From IMG/VR virus record IMGVR_UViG_3300032605_001371: a stretch of DNA of 64,000 nucleotides; one strand, written 5' to 3'. This document shows positions 48,803 through 58,176 of the stretch, piece by piece; position 1 is the stretch's first letter, and every line of letters starts with the position of its first letter. This stretch comes from an uncultured virus (IMG/VR IMGVR_UViG_3300032605_001371) (taxonomy: Duplodnaviria; Heunggongvirae; Uroviricota; Caudoviricetes). A program made the translations under genes and the position numbers. Under the pieces are notes generated by a model. The model was not told the DNA's origin and did not search any database. It worked only from the letters and a program-made list of their open reading frames with translations.

Positions 48803-51073
48803 ATGCGAGTAACAGAATTCATCGCTGAGGGCTACAAAGAAGTAGCGCAGAAATATATTAACTCAGGAGTACCTGCAGAGGATGTACAAAGAGCCATCGC
48901 CGCCTTTAAGGAACTCGTCAACAAAAATCAAGTTAGTGGCACTGAGCGAAATATTGACTGGTGGGGAAAGAAGTCCTTTAGTGAGTTTACGCAGTTTGTA
49001 AATTCTATCGATCCATCAAGAACAAAAAGACAACTAAAGCGCGGAAAGATTCCTGGAAAAAGTATTACATTGGTTGACAATGACAAGTGGCTTGTCATTG
49101 TTCCTCTAGATAAAGATGCAAGTTGTTTCTATGGTAAAAATACTGATTGGTGCACAGCCAAACGTGCTCCAGGTCATTTTGAACAACACTTCTATCAAGA
49201 TGAATCTATTTTAATATATTGTATCAATAAACAGTCCGGCGCCAAGTGGGCAATCGCGTCACACACGGTAACCAACCTAATGCCTTCTGACAACACTATG
49301 CGAGGATCAGAATACGACGGGGATACTCAATATTTTGATGCAGAGGATGACGAAATTTCTCACAGTTCATTTGCAGCAGAAACTAAGTTATCTTCAGAAA
49401 AATTACTCAACCTAGCTTTACAAAAAAAGGATAAAATTGAATTAGCTAGAGTACCGCACTCTAGCGCAGTAACTCGCGTAAAGGATTGGTTATACGGCCC
49501 GAGAAGCTACGTGGATCGTGATTTATCTATAGAAAAGGATCTACTTTTTATCAATAATACCAAATATACATATGATTATATCTCAGAACTAGTTAGTAAT
49601 AATGTAGATGTATCTAAAATACCGGATCGATTATTAGTAGATGCAGCAGTATATAGTCCTTCTGTATTGAGATGCATGAACCCTCAACCAAATGAAAAGG
49701 TATTAAGAGATATTGTAATTGAAGTTCCGGACGCAATTCAGGTCATCAAGAATCCTTCACTGGAAGTACAAAAAATAGCAGTCACCGAATATCCTGCTGC
49801 TATTCTACTTATTAAAAATCCAAATCCTAATACAGTTAAGCTAGCAATTACCCTTGATCCTAAATTAGAGAAGGCACTAGTCAAAGATAATTCTACAAGT
49901 GAATTAGACGAAGACTGGAAATCAGCCGCTAAAGGTATGGGCGTAGCTGCAGGATTAGCTTTGGGTATGCACGGTATGCCCAACAAGACAGTAGAACCAG
50001 TTACGCCACACATGCCGGTATCACATCAGGTGCAATTACCTAAGGTTGATCCTGCTGTAGTAAAGCAAACGCTGTCCGGGTTAACTAACCCATATGGTGT
50101 AGCACTTAGACGAGCAGCACAGGCAGCTGGCATCACCGGAACCGAACTTGCGCAGTTTCTGGCACAATGCGCACATGAGACACAAAATTTTTCGTCACTA
50201 AAAGAGTTTGGCGGAAAATTAGATTTTAAGAAATATGATCCTAAATATAATCCAGAAAAAGCAAAGCTATTGGGTAACACACATCCAGGAGATGGTGCAC
50301 GATATCACGGGCGAGGATTCATTCAATTAACAGGTAGAGAAAATTACCGTAAGGTAGGAAAAGCCTTAGGTTTACCATTAGAGCAGCAACCTGAACTTGT
50401 TGAACGACCAAACGTTGCAGCCAGGGTTGCTGTTTGGTTTTGGCAAAACAGAGTTGCACCTAAGGTTACTAATTTCAACAATACTCAGGCTGCGACTAAA
50501 CCAATTAACGCAGGGCTGCATGGTCTTGAAGATAGAGTAAACAAATTTAATGCTATTATGCAAGTAATAGCTAATAATCATAGATCAACACCTTCGCCAG
50601 TAAACGAGTATAAAGTTGATAACGACATAAATGGTGAAGGTCTTGGTGCTACTGGATACAATGCGAATGTAGCGTACAGAGGAATGCGTGTTCTTATGCG
50701 TCCTAGCACATTCTTATCTTTGGCACTACCTTTAGATAAACCAGTATCAGTAGAGCATATAAAACAACATATGCAGGCCGGCGGAGCATTAGGTTCACCA
50801 TTTTTAATTTTTGATTTTCCCGTTGAATGGGAAGACGGTGATTTCAGCGAGTCAGCTAGAATAGTAGGACACGAAGGTCGTAACCGTATATTGGCTATTC
50901 AAGATTTAGAAGGTGACGATCCGGTAGAGGTTCATATGTTTGGATTAGGTGAACTTCGTGCTAGACATTTAACTCCTGAAATCGTGAAGCATCTTCAAAC
51001 AGGGATGCTTAATCAAAATAAAAGCAAGTTAATTACTCCTATTAAGGGTGATGTTCTTTTTAAAAGAATATAA
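48803..51073 (+). CDS. Polyprotein: WCTAA domain, IKNP repeats, GH19 muramidase and ParB-like domain
   Basis: MRVTEFIAEG start; WCTAK; LAQFLAQCAHET..GRGFIQLTGRENY; GHEGRNR. Confidence 0.75.
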   Translation: MRVTEFIAEGYKEVAQKYINSGVPAEDVQRAIAAFKELVNKNQVSGTERNIDWWGKKSFSEFTQFVNSIDPSRTKRQLKRGKIPGKSITLVDNDKWLVIVPLDKDASCFYGKNTDWCTAKRAPGHFEQHFYQDESILIYCINKQSGAKWAIASHTVTNLMPSDNTMRGSEYDGDTQYFDAEDDEISHSSFAAETKLSSEKLLNLALQKKDKIELARVPHSSAVTRVKDWLYGPRSYVDRDLSIEKDLLFINNTKYTYDYISELVSNNVDVSKIPDRLLVDAAVYSPSVLRCMNPQPNEKVLRDIVIEVPDAIQVIKNPSLEVQKIAVTEYPAAILLIKNPNPNTVKLAITLDPKLEKALVKDNSTSELDEDWKSAAKGMGVAAGLALGMHGMPNKTVEPVTPHMPVSHQVQLPKVDPAVVKQTLSGLTNPYGVALRRAAQAAGITGTELAQFLAQCAHETQNFSSLKEFGGKLDFKKYDPKYNPEKAKLLGNTHPGDGARYHGRGFIQLTGRENYRKVGKALGLPLEQQPELVERPNVAARVAVWFWQNRVAPKVTNFNNTQAATKPINAGLHGLEDRVNKFNAIMQVIANNHRSTPSPVNEYKVDNDINGEGLGATGYNANVAYRGMRVLMRPSTFLSLALPLDKPVSVEHIKQHMQAGGALGSPFLIFDFPVEWEDGDFSESARIVGHEGRNRILAIQDLEGDDPVEVHMFGLGELRARHLTPEIVKHLQTGMLNQNKSKLITPIKGDVLFKRI

Positions 51074-51082
51074 TAATTTCGG

Positions 51083-51111
51083 TTGACACTCTGAATGATG
51101 GACAGTAGTAT
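51083..51111 (+). promoter_or_regulatory. Sigma70-like early promoter
   Basis: TTGACA-17nt-TAGTAT. Confidence 0.7.
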
Positions 51112-51141
51112 GTCTTCATTCAAACAGAGGACTACACCACT

Positions 51142-51420
51142 ATGAACATCTACGACGATTTCCAAAATGAAGTTGACTCGGTCTCGGATCCTGATCAAGA
51201 TCAGGTCCCCCACATCGTCATGCAGTTCAAGAAGGTTCTTGATCTGAAGGGCAACTATCCGATTGTTTTTAAGGATGGCACTAAGGCGGTTGTTCCCACT
51301 CATATCATCACTCAATTCATGAGCAAGTTCTCTCGCCTTAAGCCCATGGATCGCGAGCGTCTGCAAGACATCGCTATTCGCAGCAAGGACGATTTCGCTA
51401 AGGTCCTGCAGTCGCTGTAA
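51142..51420 (+). CDS. Small early hypothetical protein
   Basis: GAGG RBS and own sigma70 promoter; visibly more C/G-ending codons than its neighbours. Confidence 0.7.
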   Translation: MNIYDDFQNEVDSVSDPDQDQVPHIVMQFKKVLDLKGNYPIVFKDGTKAVVPTHIITQFMSKFSRLKPMDRERLQDIAIRSKDDFAKVLQSL

Positions 51421-51512
51421 TATATACAGCGATTTTTTTACCCATTTTGACTAAATACTAATGTGTCATAGTACAGTTGTGCTATGGCATGTTCGTGTTT
51501 AAAGAGATAGAG

Positions 51513-51794
51513 ATGGGAAATTTCCTAAAACTTATTGCTGATGTTGGTTTTCCTATTGCGGCCGCAATGGGTGCAGGATACTTCGTATTCCTAACACTGA
51601 AATTCATACTTGCCGGCGTCACCGGTAGTATCAAAGGTATGGCTGGCATCATCACGGCGCTTGACAATCGTGTAAAAACCATGAATCATGATGTTATTCG
51701 TATTGACACTATGGTTTCTAACGCTTTAGGGCTAGAACCAGATATAGATAGAATAGCCCGCGCCGATGGTAAAACAGATGCACGGAGAGATTAA
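51513..51794 (+). CDS. Small membrane protein (one TM plus coiled coil, YvrJ-like GFPI motif)
   Basis: IADVGFPIAAAMGAGYFVFL..LDNRVKTMNHDVIRI. Confidence 0.65.
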   Translation: MGNFLKLIADVGFPIAAAMGAGYFVFLTLKFILAGVTGSIKGMAGIITALDNRVKTMNHDVIRIDTMVSNALGLEPDIDRIARADGKTDARRD

Positions 51795-52102
51795 TGGGAT
51801 CTGACTTAGCTGATCTAGTAAACAAGTACGGTTTTCCGATCATAGCAGCGGTCGGTATGGGATATCTCATATTCTATGTATGGGAGTGGGCTACTAAAGA
51901 AGTTAAACCAGTGCTGGGCGAAGCTAATACAACTTTGATCGCACTTATAGACCGTATTAGAATGCTAGATAATGATCTAATTAGACTAAACCAAAAAGTC
52001 AAAACAGTGTTGCATTTACGCGGCAAGACAATCGAGTATGGAAGAGTAGAAGCAGAAAAAGCAATTAACCAGTTAAGCAGGTCTGATCACAGGACCGACT
52101 AA
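51794..52102 (+). CDS. Small membrane protein, paralog of the upstream gene
   Basis: VNKYGFPIIAAVGMGYLIFY..LIDRIRMLDNDLIRL; TAATG coupling. Confidence 0.65.
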   Translation: MGSDLADLVNKYGFPIIAAVGMGYLIFYVWEWATKEVKPVLGEANTTLIALIDRIRMLDNDLIRLNQKVKTVLHLRGKTIEYGRVEAEKAINQLSRSDHRTD

Positions 52103-52152
52103 GATAAGAAAGCTGCTGATAGTGATAGTTAGTATATTTGGAGATATGTATT

Positions 52153-52602
52153 ATGAAGAAGATCATACTACTTTCTCTGTTTGCATCGTGCTTGAGTAGT
52201 TCGGCATTTGCTTCGGAGTTAGTTCAACAATTTAAAGATCCTATATTTAATGGGGTCAGCTATGGCACGTTTGCTACTTCTACATATCAACAAGAAGAAT
52301 CAGCTAAACAAACTATAGCTACCGCAAAACAAAATTCTATAATAGCTCAACAAAATGCTGCTGCCAGTACTCCAACCGCAAAATTTATAGCTTTGTTCAC
52401 AAGCCAAGTATATTCTCAATTGGCTACACAGCTATCAAATAATCTATTCTCTGGAACTAGTTCTTCTAATTCCGGAATGTTTAATTTGTCTGGTGATACA
52501 ATATCATATGTTAAATCTGGAACCAGTGTAACACTTACAGTTGTAGATACAAATGGAAATCAAACTATAGTTACTGTTCCAATAGCAACGTTTGCATTCT
52601 GA
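52153..52602 (+). CDS. csgF: Curli assembly protein CsgF-like
   Basis: Signal peptide, then SELVQQFKDPIFNG (CsgF F-x-N/D-P-x-F-x-G pattern); directly upstream of csgG. Confidence 0.7.
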   Translation: MKKIILLSLFASCLSSSAFASELVQQFKDPIFNGVSYGTFATSTYQQEESAKQTIATAKQNSIIAQQNAAASTPTAKFIALFTSQVYSQLATQLSNNLFSGTSSSNSGMFNLSGDTISYVKSGTSVTLTVVDTNGNQTIVTVPIATFAF

Positions 52603-53423
52603 TGAAGAGAATAATTATAGTTCCATTTCTTTGTGTATTTCTATCTGGCTGTTTAGGTGGATCTATTCCGGCATTAAACCAGTCTTTTCTTCAAAAAGAT
52701 TCACCAAAGATAACTCATACAGCTCAACCGCATATATTTGATAATATTCCAGAATTAGATGGTACACCTATTCCAATTGCGGTATATTCATTTATTGATA
52801 AAACTGGTCAAAGAAAACCTTCTCAAACTGTAAGTTCATTTTCTACCGCAGTAACTCAGGGAGCAGATGCTTACGTTGTAAAAGCACTTTATGAAGCTGG
52901 AAATGGGAAATGGTTTAAGCCAGTTGAAAGAGTAGGATTAGATGATTTAGTAAAAGAGCGCCAACTTATTCGTCAAATGAGAGAGCAAGAACAAGGCGAT
53001 AAGGCTCAAGCTCTTCCTCCACTTTTAGTTGCAGGAGTATTGCTAGAAGGCGCAATTATAGATTATAATTCTTCTATAAAAACTGGAGGAAATGGTGCTA
53101 GATATCTTGGTATTGGACCAAACACGCAGTATATCCAAGATCAAGTAACAATTAATATGAGATTGGTGTCTGTACAGACTGGAGAAGTACTTACTTCAGT
53201 ATCTGTAGAAAAGAATCTATTGTCTACTTCTGAAGGCATTAGCGCATTTACTTTCTTTAATCAGGGAACTAATGCTTTTGAAATAGATTCACAACAAACT
53301 AAGAATGAGCCGGAAAATTATGCTATTCGATCTGCCATAGAAACAGGTGTTGTTGAATTAATAAAGAGTGGTGAAAAAATAGGGCTATGGCATTATAAAA
53401 CCACACAGGAGAAACACAAATGA
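52602..53423 (+). CDS. csgG: Curli secretion channel CsgG-like lipoprotein
   Basis: Lipobox LSGC; IAVYSFIDKTGQRK, FSTAVTQGA, WFKPVERVGLDDLVKERQLIR, RLVSVQTGEVL. Confidence 0.92.
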   Translation: MKRIIIVPFLCVFLSGCLGGSIPALNQSFLQKDSPKITHTAQPHIFDNIPELDGTPIPIAVYSFIDKTGQRKPSQTVSSFSTAVTQGADAYVVKALYEAGNGKWFKPVERVGLDDLVKERQLIRQMREQEQGDKAQALPPLLVAGVLLEGAIIDYNSSIKTGGNGARYLGIGPNTQYIQDQVTINMRLVSVQTGEVLTSVSVEKNLLSTSEGISAFTFFNQGTNAFEIDSQQTKNEPENYAIRSAIETGVVELIKSGEKIGLWHYKTTQEKHK

Positions 53424-54226
53424 AACTATTAAAAACACTAGCAATAATGGCGATGCTATTTACTACACCAGCATTAGCTCAAACTGCATCGCCAACTGGT
53501 CCCGCAACTCCAGCAACTGCGGCATTACCTGGTGCGCCATCAGCACCATCTATTATAGCAACTTCACCAAATCAAAATAATGCTGATAGTATGTCAACGA
53601 CAAATGATGTTTATATTAATCAATCTGGTGATAATGTTAATATTAATATTAAACAAACTGGCCAGACAAATATCTTTGGTACTTTTACAGATCCTGTATA
53701 TTTGAGAGGAGCTAACCAATCTATTATTGGTATTCAAACTGGTAATAATAATGAAGCCCTAATCTCAGTTGTATCTGGTACTGCTGGAACAGATAATGCT
53801 TCATTATCTCTTCAACAAATTGGAAATAGCAACTATGCTCTAATTCGTTGTGGAAGTAGTTTAGGCGACGCGAGTTGTACCGGTCTAAACTTTAATGCTA
53901 GATTTACAGGTGATAGTAATTCTCTAAATTATCATGGTGCAGGTGCTAATATTACAACTACCCTTGATATTACTGGTGGAAATAACTCATTAACAATGTC
54001 TGCAATTTCACCAAATGCTTCTCAAACAATCTTAGTATCTGGTGATTACAATACTTTAAATACTACACAAACAGACCTTGGTGGCACATATGGGCACAGT
54101 CTATATGTAAATCTAACAGGAACTGGAAATGCTATTACTACACAACAATATGGAGCTACTGAAACTGTTATTAATGTGACAAGTGTTGGAAATAATGGTA
54201 ACATTAACATTAAGACTGGCCACTAG
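53420..54226 (+). CDS. Secreted curlin-like (CsgB/CsgA-type) repeat protein
   Basis: Signal peptide; repeated Q-x-G-x-x-N units (NQSGDN, KQTGQTN, IQTGNNN, QQIGNSN). Confidence 0.6.
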   Translation: MKLLKTLAIMAMLFTTPALAQTASPTGPATPATAALPGAPSAPSIIATSPNQNNADSMSTTNDVYINQSGDNVNINIKQTGQTNIFGTFTDPVYLRGANQSIIGIQTGNNNEALISVVSGTAGTDNASLSLQQIGNSNYALIRCGSSLGDASCTGLNFNARFTGDSNSLNYHGAGANITTTLDITGGNNSLTMSAISPNASQTILVSGDYNTLNTTQTDLGGTYGHSLYVNLTGTGNAITTQQYGATETVINVTSVGNNGNINIKTGH

Positions 54227-55334
54227 TTTTTTTCTTCTGTTAGCTACTCCAGCTTTTGCTAGTATTGGTGCAATAACAGATTTTAAAGGCGGCGGACAAA
54301 TAAAACGTTCATCTTCTACTATACCGGCAAATAAAAGTTCAGGTATAGAGAAGATGGACACCATCATAACTAATAGTCAGGGTAAGTTTGGAATTACATT
54401 TAATGATCAGACTAAAGTTAACATTACTGAAAATAGTAAATTAGTCATTGATGATTTTGTATATGATGATAATGAGAAATCTAAAGGAAAACTTGGACTT
54501 AAAGTAGCTTTAGGAACAGTACGATATACCTCCGGAGCAATTGCTCACAACAATCCAAATTCAGTAGATATTAGAACTCCAACTGCCACCATAGCTGTTC
54601 GTGGAACAGATTTCCTTATGTCTGTAGATGAAGTAGGAAGAACTACAGTAATTTTAGTTCCAGAATGCTTTATGAATAATGGTGAGATTAGAATGGATAA
54701 AGAATGTGAAACTGGAGCTATTGAAGTAGCTACTGCTGCTGGAGTAGTTAAAATGGATAAACCATTCCAGGCTACAGTCGTAGAAACATCTTCTGGTCCC
54801 CCAAGCACTCCATCAGTAATTAGTATGGAAGGAAGATCGGCAGATAATAATATTCAACTTTCAACTCCTTCTCTTGAAGGAGGAGCTAATCTATTAACAC
54901 AAGCTAGAAAAGATATTAAGAATAAAGTAAATCCAGCTGGGGCGGCCGCAGACAATAACCAAGATCCTAATACTGGAACGGATGATTTAAATCAAGTGTT
55001 TGCTGCTCTTCAAAGAACTCCAACTCCGTCAGAATTATTACAAGTATATGAAGAATATAATTCTGATGCTCCATTAAAACAGACTTTATATACAGATATT
55101 TCTCCACTTTTGAAAAAACAAATTCAAATTGGTTGGGCATATTCTTTATTATCTCAAGCTAAACTAGAAGTTGTTACTGTGGTTTTACCAAAAGCAACTG
55201 GTGTAGATATTACAACAATACAAGACGGATCTTATGATTATTATAACTTCTCTGAGCAGAAATGGCCAACATCAGGAACCGGTAGACCAAATGGTCATAT
55301 AACTATAATTCAAACTAATATAGCAAATAAATAA
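54195..55334 (+). CDS. Periplasmic FecR-domain protein
   Basis: Signal peptide; ITFNDQTKVNITENSKLVID; IRTPTATIAVRGTDF. Confidence 0.8.
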   Translation: MVTLTLRLATSFFLLLATPAFASIGAITDFKGGGQIKRSSSTIPANKSSGIEKMDTIITNSQGKFGITFNDQTKVNITENSKLVIDDFVYDDNEKSKGKLGLKVALGTVRYTSGAIAHNNPNSVDIRTPTATIAVRGTDFLMSVDEVGRTTVILVPECFMNNGEIRMDKECETGAIEVATAAGVVKMDKPFQATVVETSSGPPSTPSVISMEGRSADNNIQLSTPSLEGGANLLTQARKDIKNKVNPAGAAADNNQDPNTGTDDLNQVFAALQRTPTPSELLQVYEEYNSDAPLKQTLYTDISPLLKKQIQIGWAYSLLSQAKLEVVTVVLPKATGVDITTIQDGSYDYYNFSEQKWPTSGTGRPNGHITIIQTNIANK

Positions 55335-55353
55335 TTAAAACGGGGATTATACT

Positions 55354-57390
55354 ATGAAAAAGATTCTTCTATCGCCTTGGCTTGCGATTATTACTTTTGC
55401 TCTATTACTTACTATTAAAATATCCAATCCATTTTTGGTAGATGCAATCAAATTAAAATACTATGATTATCTTATGCGTGGTCCAGCAAAACAGTCTGAA
55501 CAGATTGTAATTGCAAATATATCAGATAAGACTATAGAGAAATATGGACAATATCCTTTTCCAAGAGAAACTTATTCTAAAATAATCAACGATTTGTATT
55601 TACATCGTGTTGGTGTAATTGGAAATACAATAATCTTTTCTGAACCAGATAGATTTAATACAGACAAAAATCTTACTGCTACTTTAAAACAGCATCCAAT
55701 AATTTTATCTCAGACACTATCGACGCAATCTAAGCCAAATCAAAATATTCGTAAAACTGGTGTGGCTATAATTGGAGATGGTAAAACTACACAGTTTTTG
55801 CCAAATTATCCTTCAGTTCTTAATAATATTTCAGAATTTCAAGATGCTGCTGTTGGTATTGGTGTAACTTCTACTTTACCGGAATCTGATGGTGTTGTTC
55901 GCCGTGTACCTTTATTATCAATGTCTCAAGGTGAATACTATCCATCTTTTTCTATGGAAATGTTAAGAGCAATTTCCGGTGATCCATCTTATCAAGCTAA
56001 GATTAACGAGACTGGTGTGGAAGCTTTAAGAATTCCATCATTCAATACTATTAAAACAGATGAGTACTCTAGAGTATTTGTGAACTGGAACTATAAGTTT
56101 ACTCAATTTGATATTGGAGACAAAACTCCAGATTTGCTTAATAAAATTGTAATTCTTGGTGTAACTGCTTCAGGTGTGGCCAATCCAGTAGCTACTCCAG
56201 TTGGTGCACAATTTCCACAAGCAGTTCAAGCTAGTCTTCTTCAAACTCTAATTAATGGAGATACAGTTTCTATTCCAAACTGGGCTGGAATATTGGATTA
56301 TGCACTTTTAGTAGTATTGGCTCTCGGAATCATTTTGTTATCTAAAGTAAGATTCTCTGTAGTTTGGATTATAGCTCTTATTGGTGTTTATCTTTACTTC
56401 CCCGTTTATATGTTTAATCATAATCATATTCTAATAGATGTAACATTTAATGCACTTATTGCAATGATACTTTATTTGCACATTTATACAATCAAGTTTA
56501 TCTCAGAATTCTTACAGAAGCAACAAATCAAAAAGCAATTTGGAACTTATCTATCTCCAGCTATGGTTGAAAAATTACAAAAGAATCCAGAACTATTACA
56601 ACTTGGAGGTGATTCTAGAGAACTTTCTATTATGTTTACAGATGTTCGTGGATTTACTACTATTTCTGAACATTACGGCAAAGATGTTCAAGGTCTTACA
56701 AAGATCATGAATCGCTATATGACTGCGATGACAAAAGCAATTCTAGAGAACAACGGCACCCTCGATAAGTACATAGGTGATGCTCAGATGGCATTTTGGA
56801 ATGCACCTCTTAGTAATCAACAACACGCTAAGGATGCTGTCAAGACGGCGTTTGAGATGATGAAGGCATTAGAGAGATTTAACGATGAGATTACACTGGA
56901 AGGAGTCCCGGCTTTTGGAATGGGCCTCGGTATTAATACTGATACTGTGGTTGTTGGTAATATGGGTAGCACTCAGCGGTTTGACTATACTTGTCTTGGG
57001 GACGGCGTCAATCTTGCATCTCGCCTCGAAGGTCAATCTAAACCGTACGGGGTCAAAATCATCATCGGACCAAAAACTGCCGAATACGTGAGAGATGAAT
57101 ATCAGGTAGTAGAACTTGATCTTATTGCAGTCAAAGGAAAAACTGAACCGGCTCGCATCTATACTGTCCTATCTTCATATGATGCATCGGGAGAAAAACA
57201 ACACTTGAGATTCTTGGATAGCTATCGTAAGGGTGAATGGGACTCTGCTAGAACATATGCTTCTAATATGAAGAAGTTCTGGAGCGGAGAGCTAAACAAG
57301 TACTACACGGAAATGATTGACCGTATAGAGGAATATGCTAAGAATCCACCAGTTAACTGGGATGGAGTGTATAGGGCAACTTCAAAGTAA
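55354..57390 (+). CDS. CHASE2-domain class III adenylate cyclase
   Basis: N-terminal TM, CHASE2 (YGQYPFPR, DGVVRRVPL), three TMs; FTDVRGFT, DKYIGDA, GDGVNLASRLEG. Confidence 0.93.
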   Translation: MKKILLSPWLAIITFALLLTIKISNPFLVDAIKLKYYDYLMRGPAKQSEQIVIANISDKTIEKYGQYPFPRETYSKIINDLYLHRVGVIGNTIIFSEPDRFNTDKNLTATLKQHPIILSQTLSTQSKPNQNIRKTGVAIIGDGKTTQFLPNYPSVLNNISEFQDAAVGIGVTSTLPESDGVVRRVPLLSMSQGEYYPSFSMEMLRAISGDPSYQAKINETGVEALRIPSFNTIKTDEYSRVFVNWNYKFTQFDIGDKTPDLLNKIVILGVTASGVANPVATPVGAQFPQAVQASLLQTLINGDTVSIPNWAGILDYALLVVLALGIILLSKVRFSVVWIIALIGVYLYFPVYMFNHNHILIDVTFNALIAMILYLHIYTIKFISEFLQKQQIKKQFGTYLSPAMVEKLQKNPELLQLGGDSRELSIMFTDVRGFTTISEHYGKDVQGLTKIMNRYMTAMTKAILENNGTLDKYIGDAQMAFWNAPLSNQQHAKDAVKTAFEMMKALERFNDEITLEGVPAFGMGLGINTDTVVVGNMGSTQRFDYTCLGDGVNLASRLEGQSKPYGVKIIIGPKTAEYVRDEYQVVELDLIAVKGKTEPARIYTVLSSYDASGEKQHLRFLDSYRKGEWDSARTYASNMKKFWSGELNKYYTEMIDRIEEYAKNPPVNWDGVYRATSK

Positions 57391-57542
57391 CTTACAATAT
57401 GTTATATGTTTATAGTAGTGTTATACATACTAAATATATATCTCAAGCTCCTTAATAGGTTCTTGTGGGTACCAATATAAGACTTACACAGGTACCAATA
57501 CACTGGCCTTAAAAGCCAGATTAACAAAAGGAAATACAATCT

Positions 57543-58103
57543 ATGAATAAGTTATTCTTGATCGCAGCACTTGCGGCGGCTGTTGCTACTCCGGCTCTTG
57601 CTGAATCTATCACCGGTGAAGTTCGTACTATTGATCCGCAACCTGCTAAGATAGCAAACTCAACTGAATATCGTCTAACCTATAGTGAAACTGTTGCCAA
57701 TATTGCTAATGTCGGCGCCGAGTTCACCGGGTCTCAACCGTATCATAACGGTACTCTAAACAGCAAGATCGTGCTGCAAGGCGGCCCTGCACTTCCCACA
57801 GTTGCAGGATTTACTCCTGCTGCTTATGGTGAGTATGGCCGTTCACTGAACACTAATAAGGACTTTAACTTCTGGGGATACGGTGCTTCTGTTTCGCATG
57901 AAGTATACGGCCCGGTATCAGTAAACGTTGGTTATCGTCATCGTCAAGGACCTAACACTCCTACCTTTACAGAAGATCGTCTTAACGGCGGTGTCGCTTT
58001 TGCTATCACCGAAGATAATATTGTAGGTGTAAATTACTATCGCACTCGTAGCAATAGTGTCACCTCTGACATCTTGGGTGTTAACTATACTCGCAACTTT
58101 TAA
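57543..58103 (+). CDS. Outer-membrane beta-barrel protein
   Basis: Signal peptide, amphipathic beta strands, C-terminal Y-x-x-x-F signal (YTRNF). Confidence 0.7.
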   Translation: MNKLFLIAALAAAVATPALAESITGEVRTIDPQPAKIANSTEYRLTYSETVANIANVGAEFTGSQPYHNGTLNSKIVLQGGPALPTVAGFTPAAYGEYGRSLNTNKDFNFWGYGASVSHEVYGPVSVNVGYRHRQGPNTPTFTEDRLNGGVAFAITEDNIVGVNYYRTRSNSVTSDILGVNYTRNF

Positions 58104-58124
58104 TAAAACTTGAACTGATTAAAG

Positions 58125-58152
58125 TAACGGCGGGGAGCAATCTCCGCCGTTA
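58125..58152 (+). terminator. Terminator-like hairpin
   Basis: TAACGGCGGGGA-GCAA-TCTCCGCCGTTA. Confidence 0.7.
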
Positions 58153-58176
58153 TTCATATGTAAGATAAATATATTC

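Noticed and set aside
55354..57390. Cyclase as a Pycsar/CBASS-type defence system
   Set aside because: The CHASE2 multi-TM sensor architecture with FecR is a signalling type, and no cyclic-nucleotide-binding effector is adjacent.
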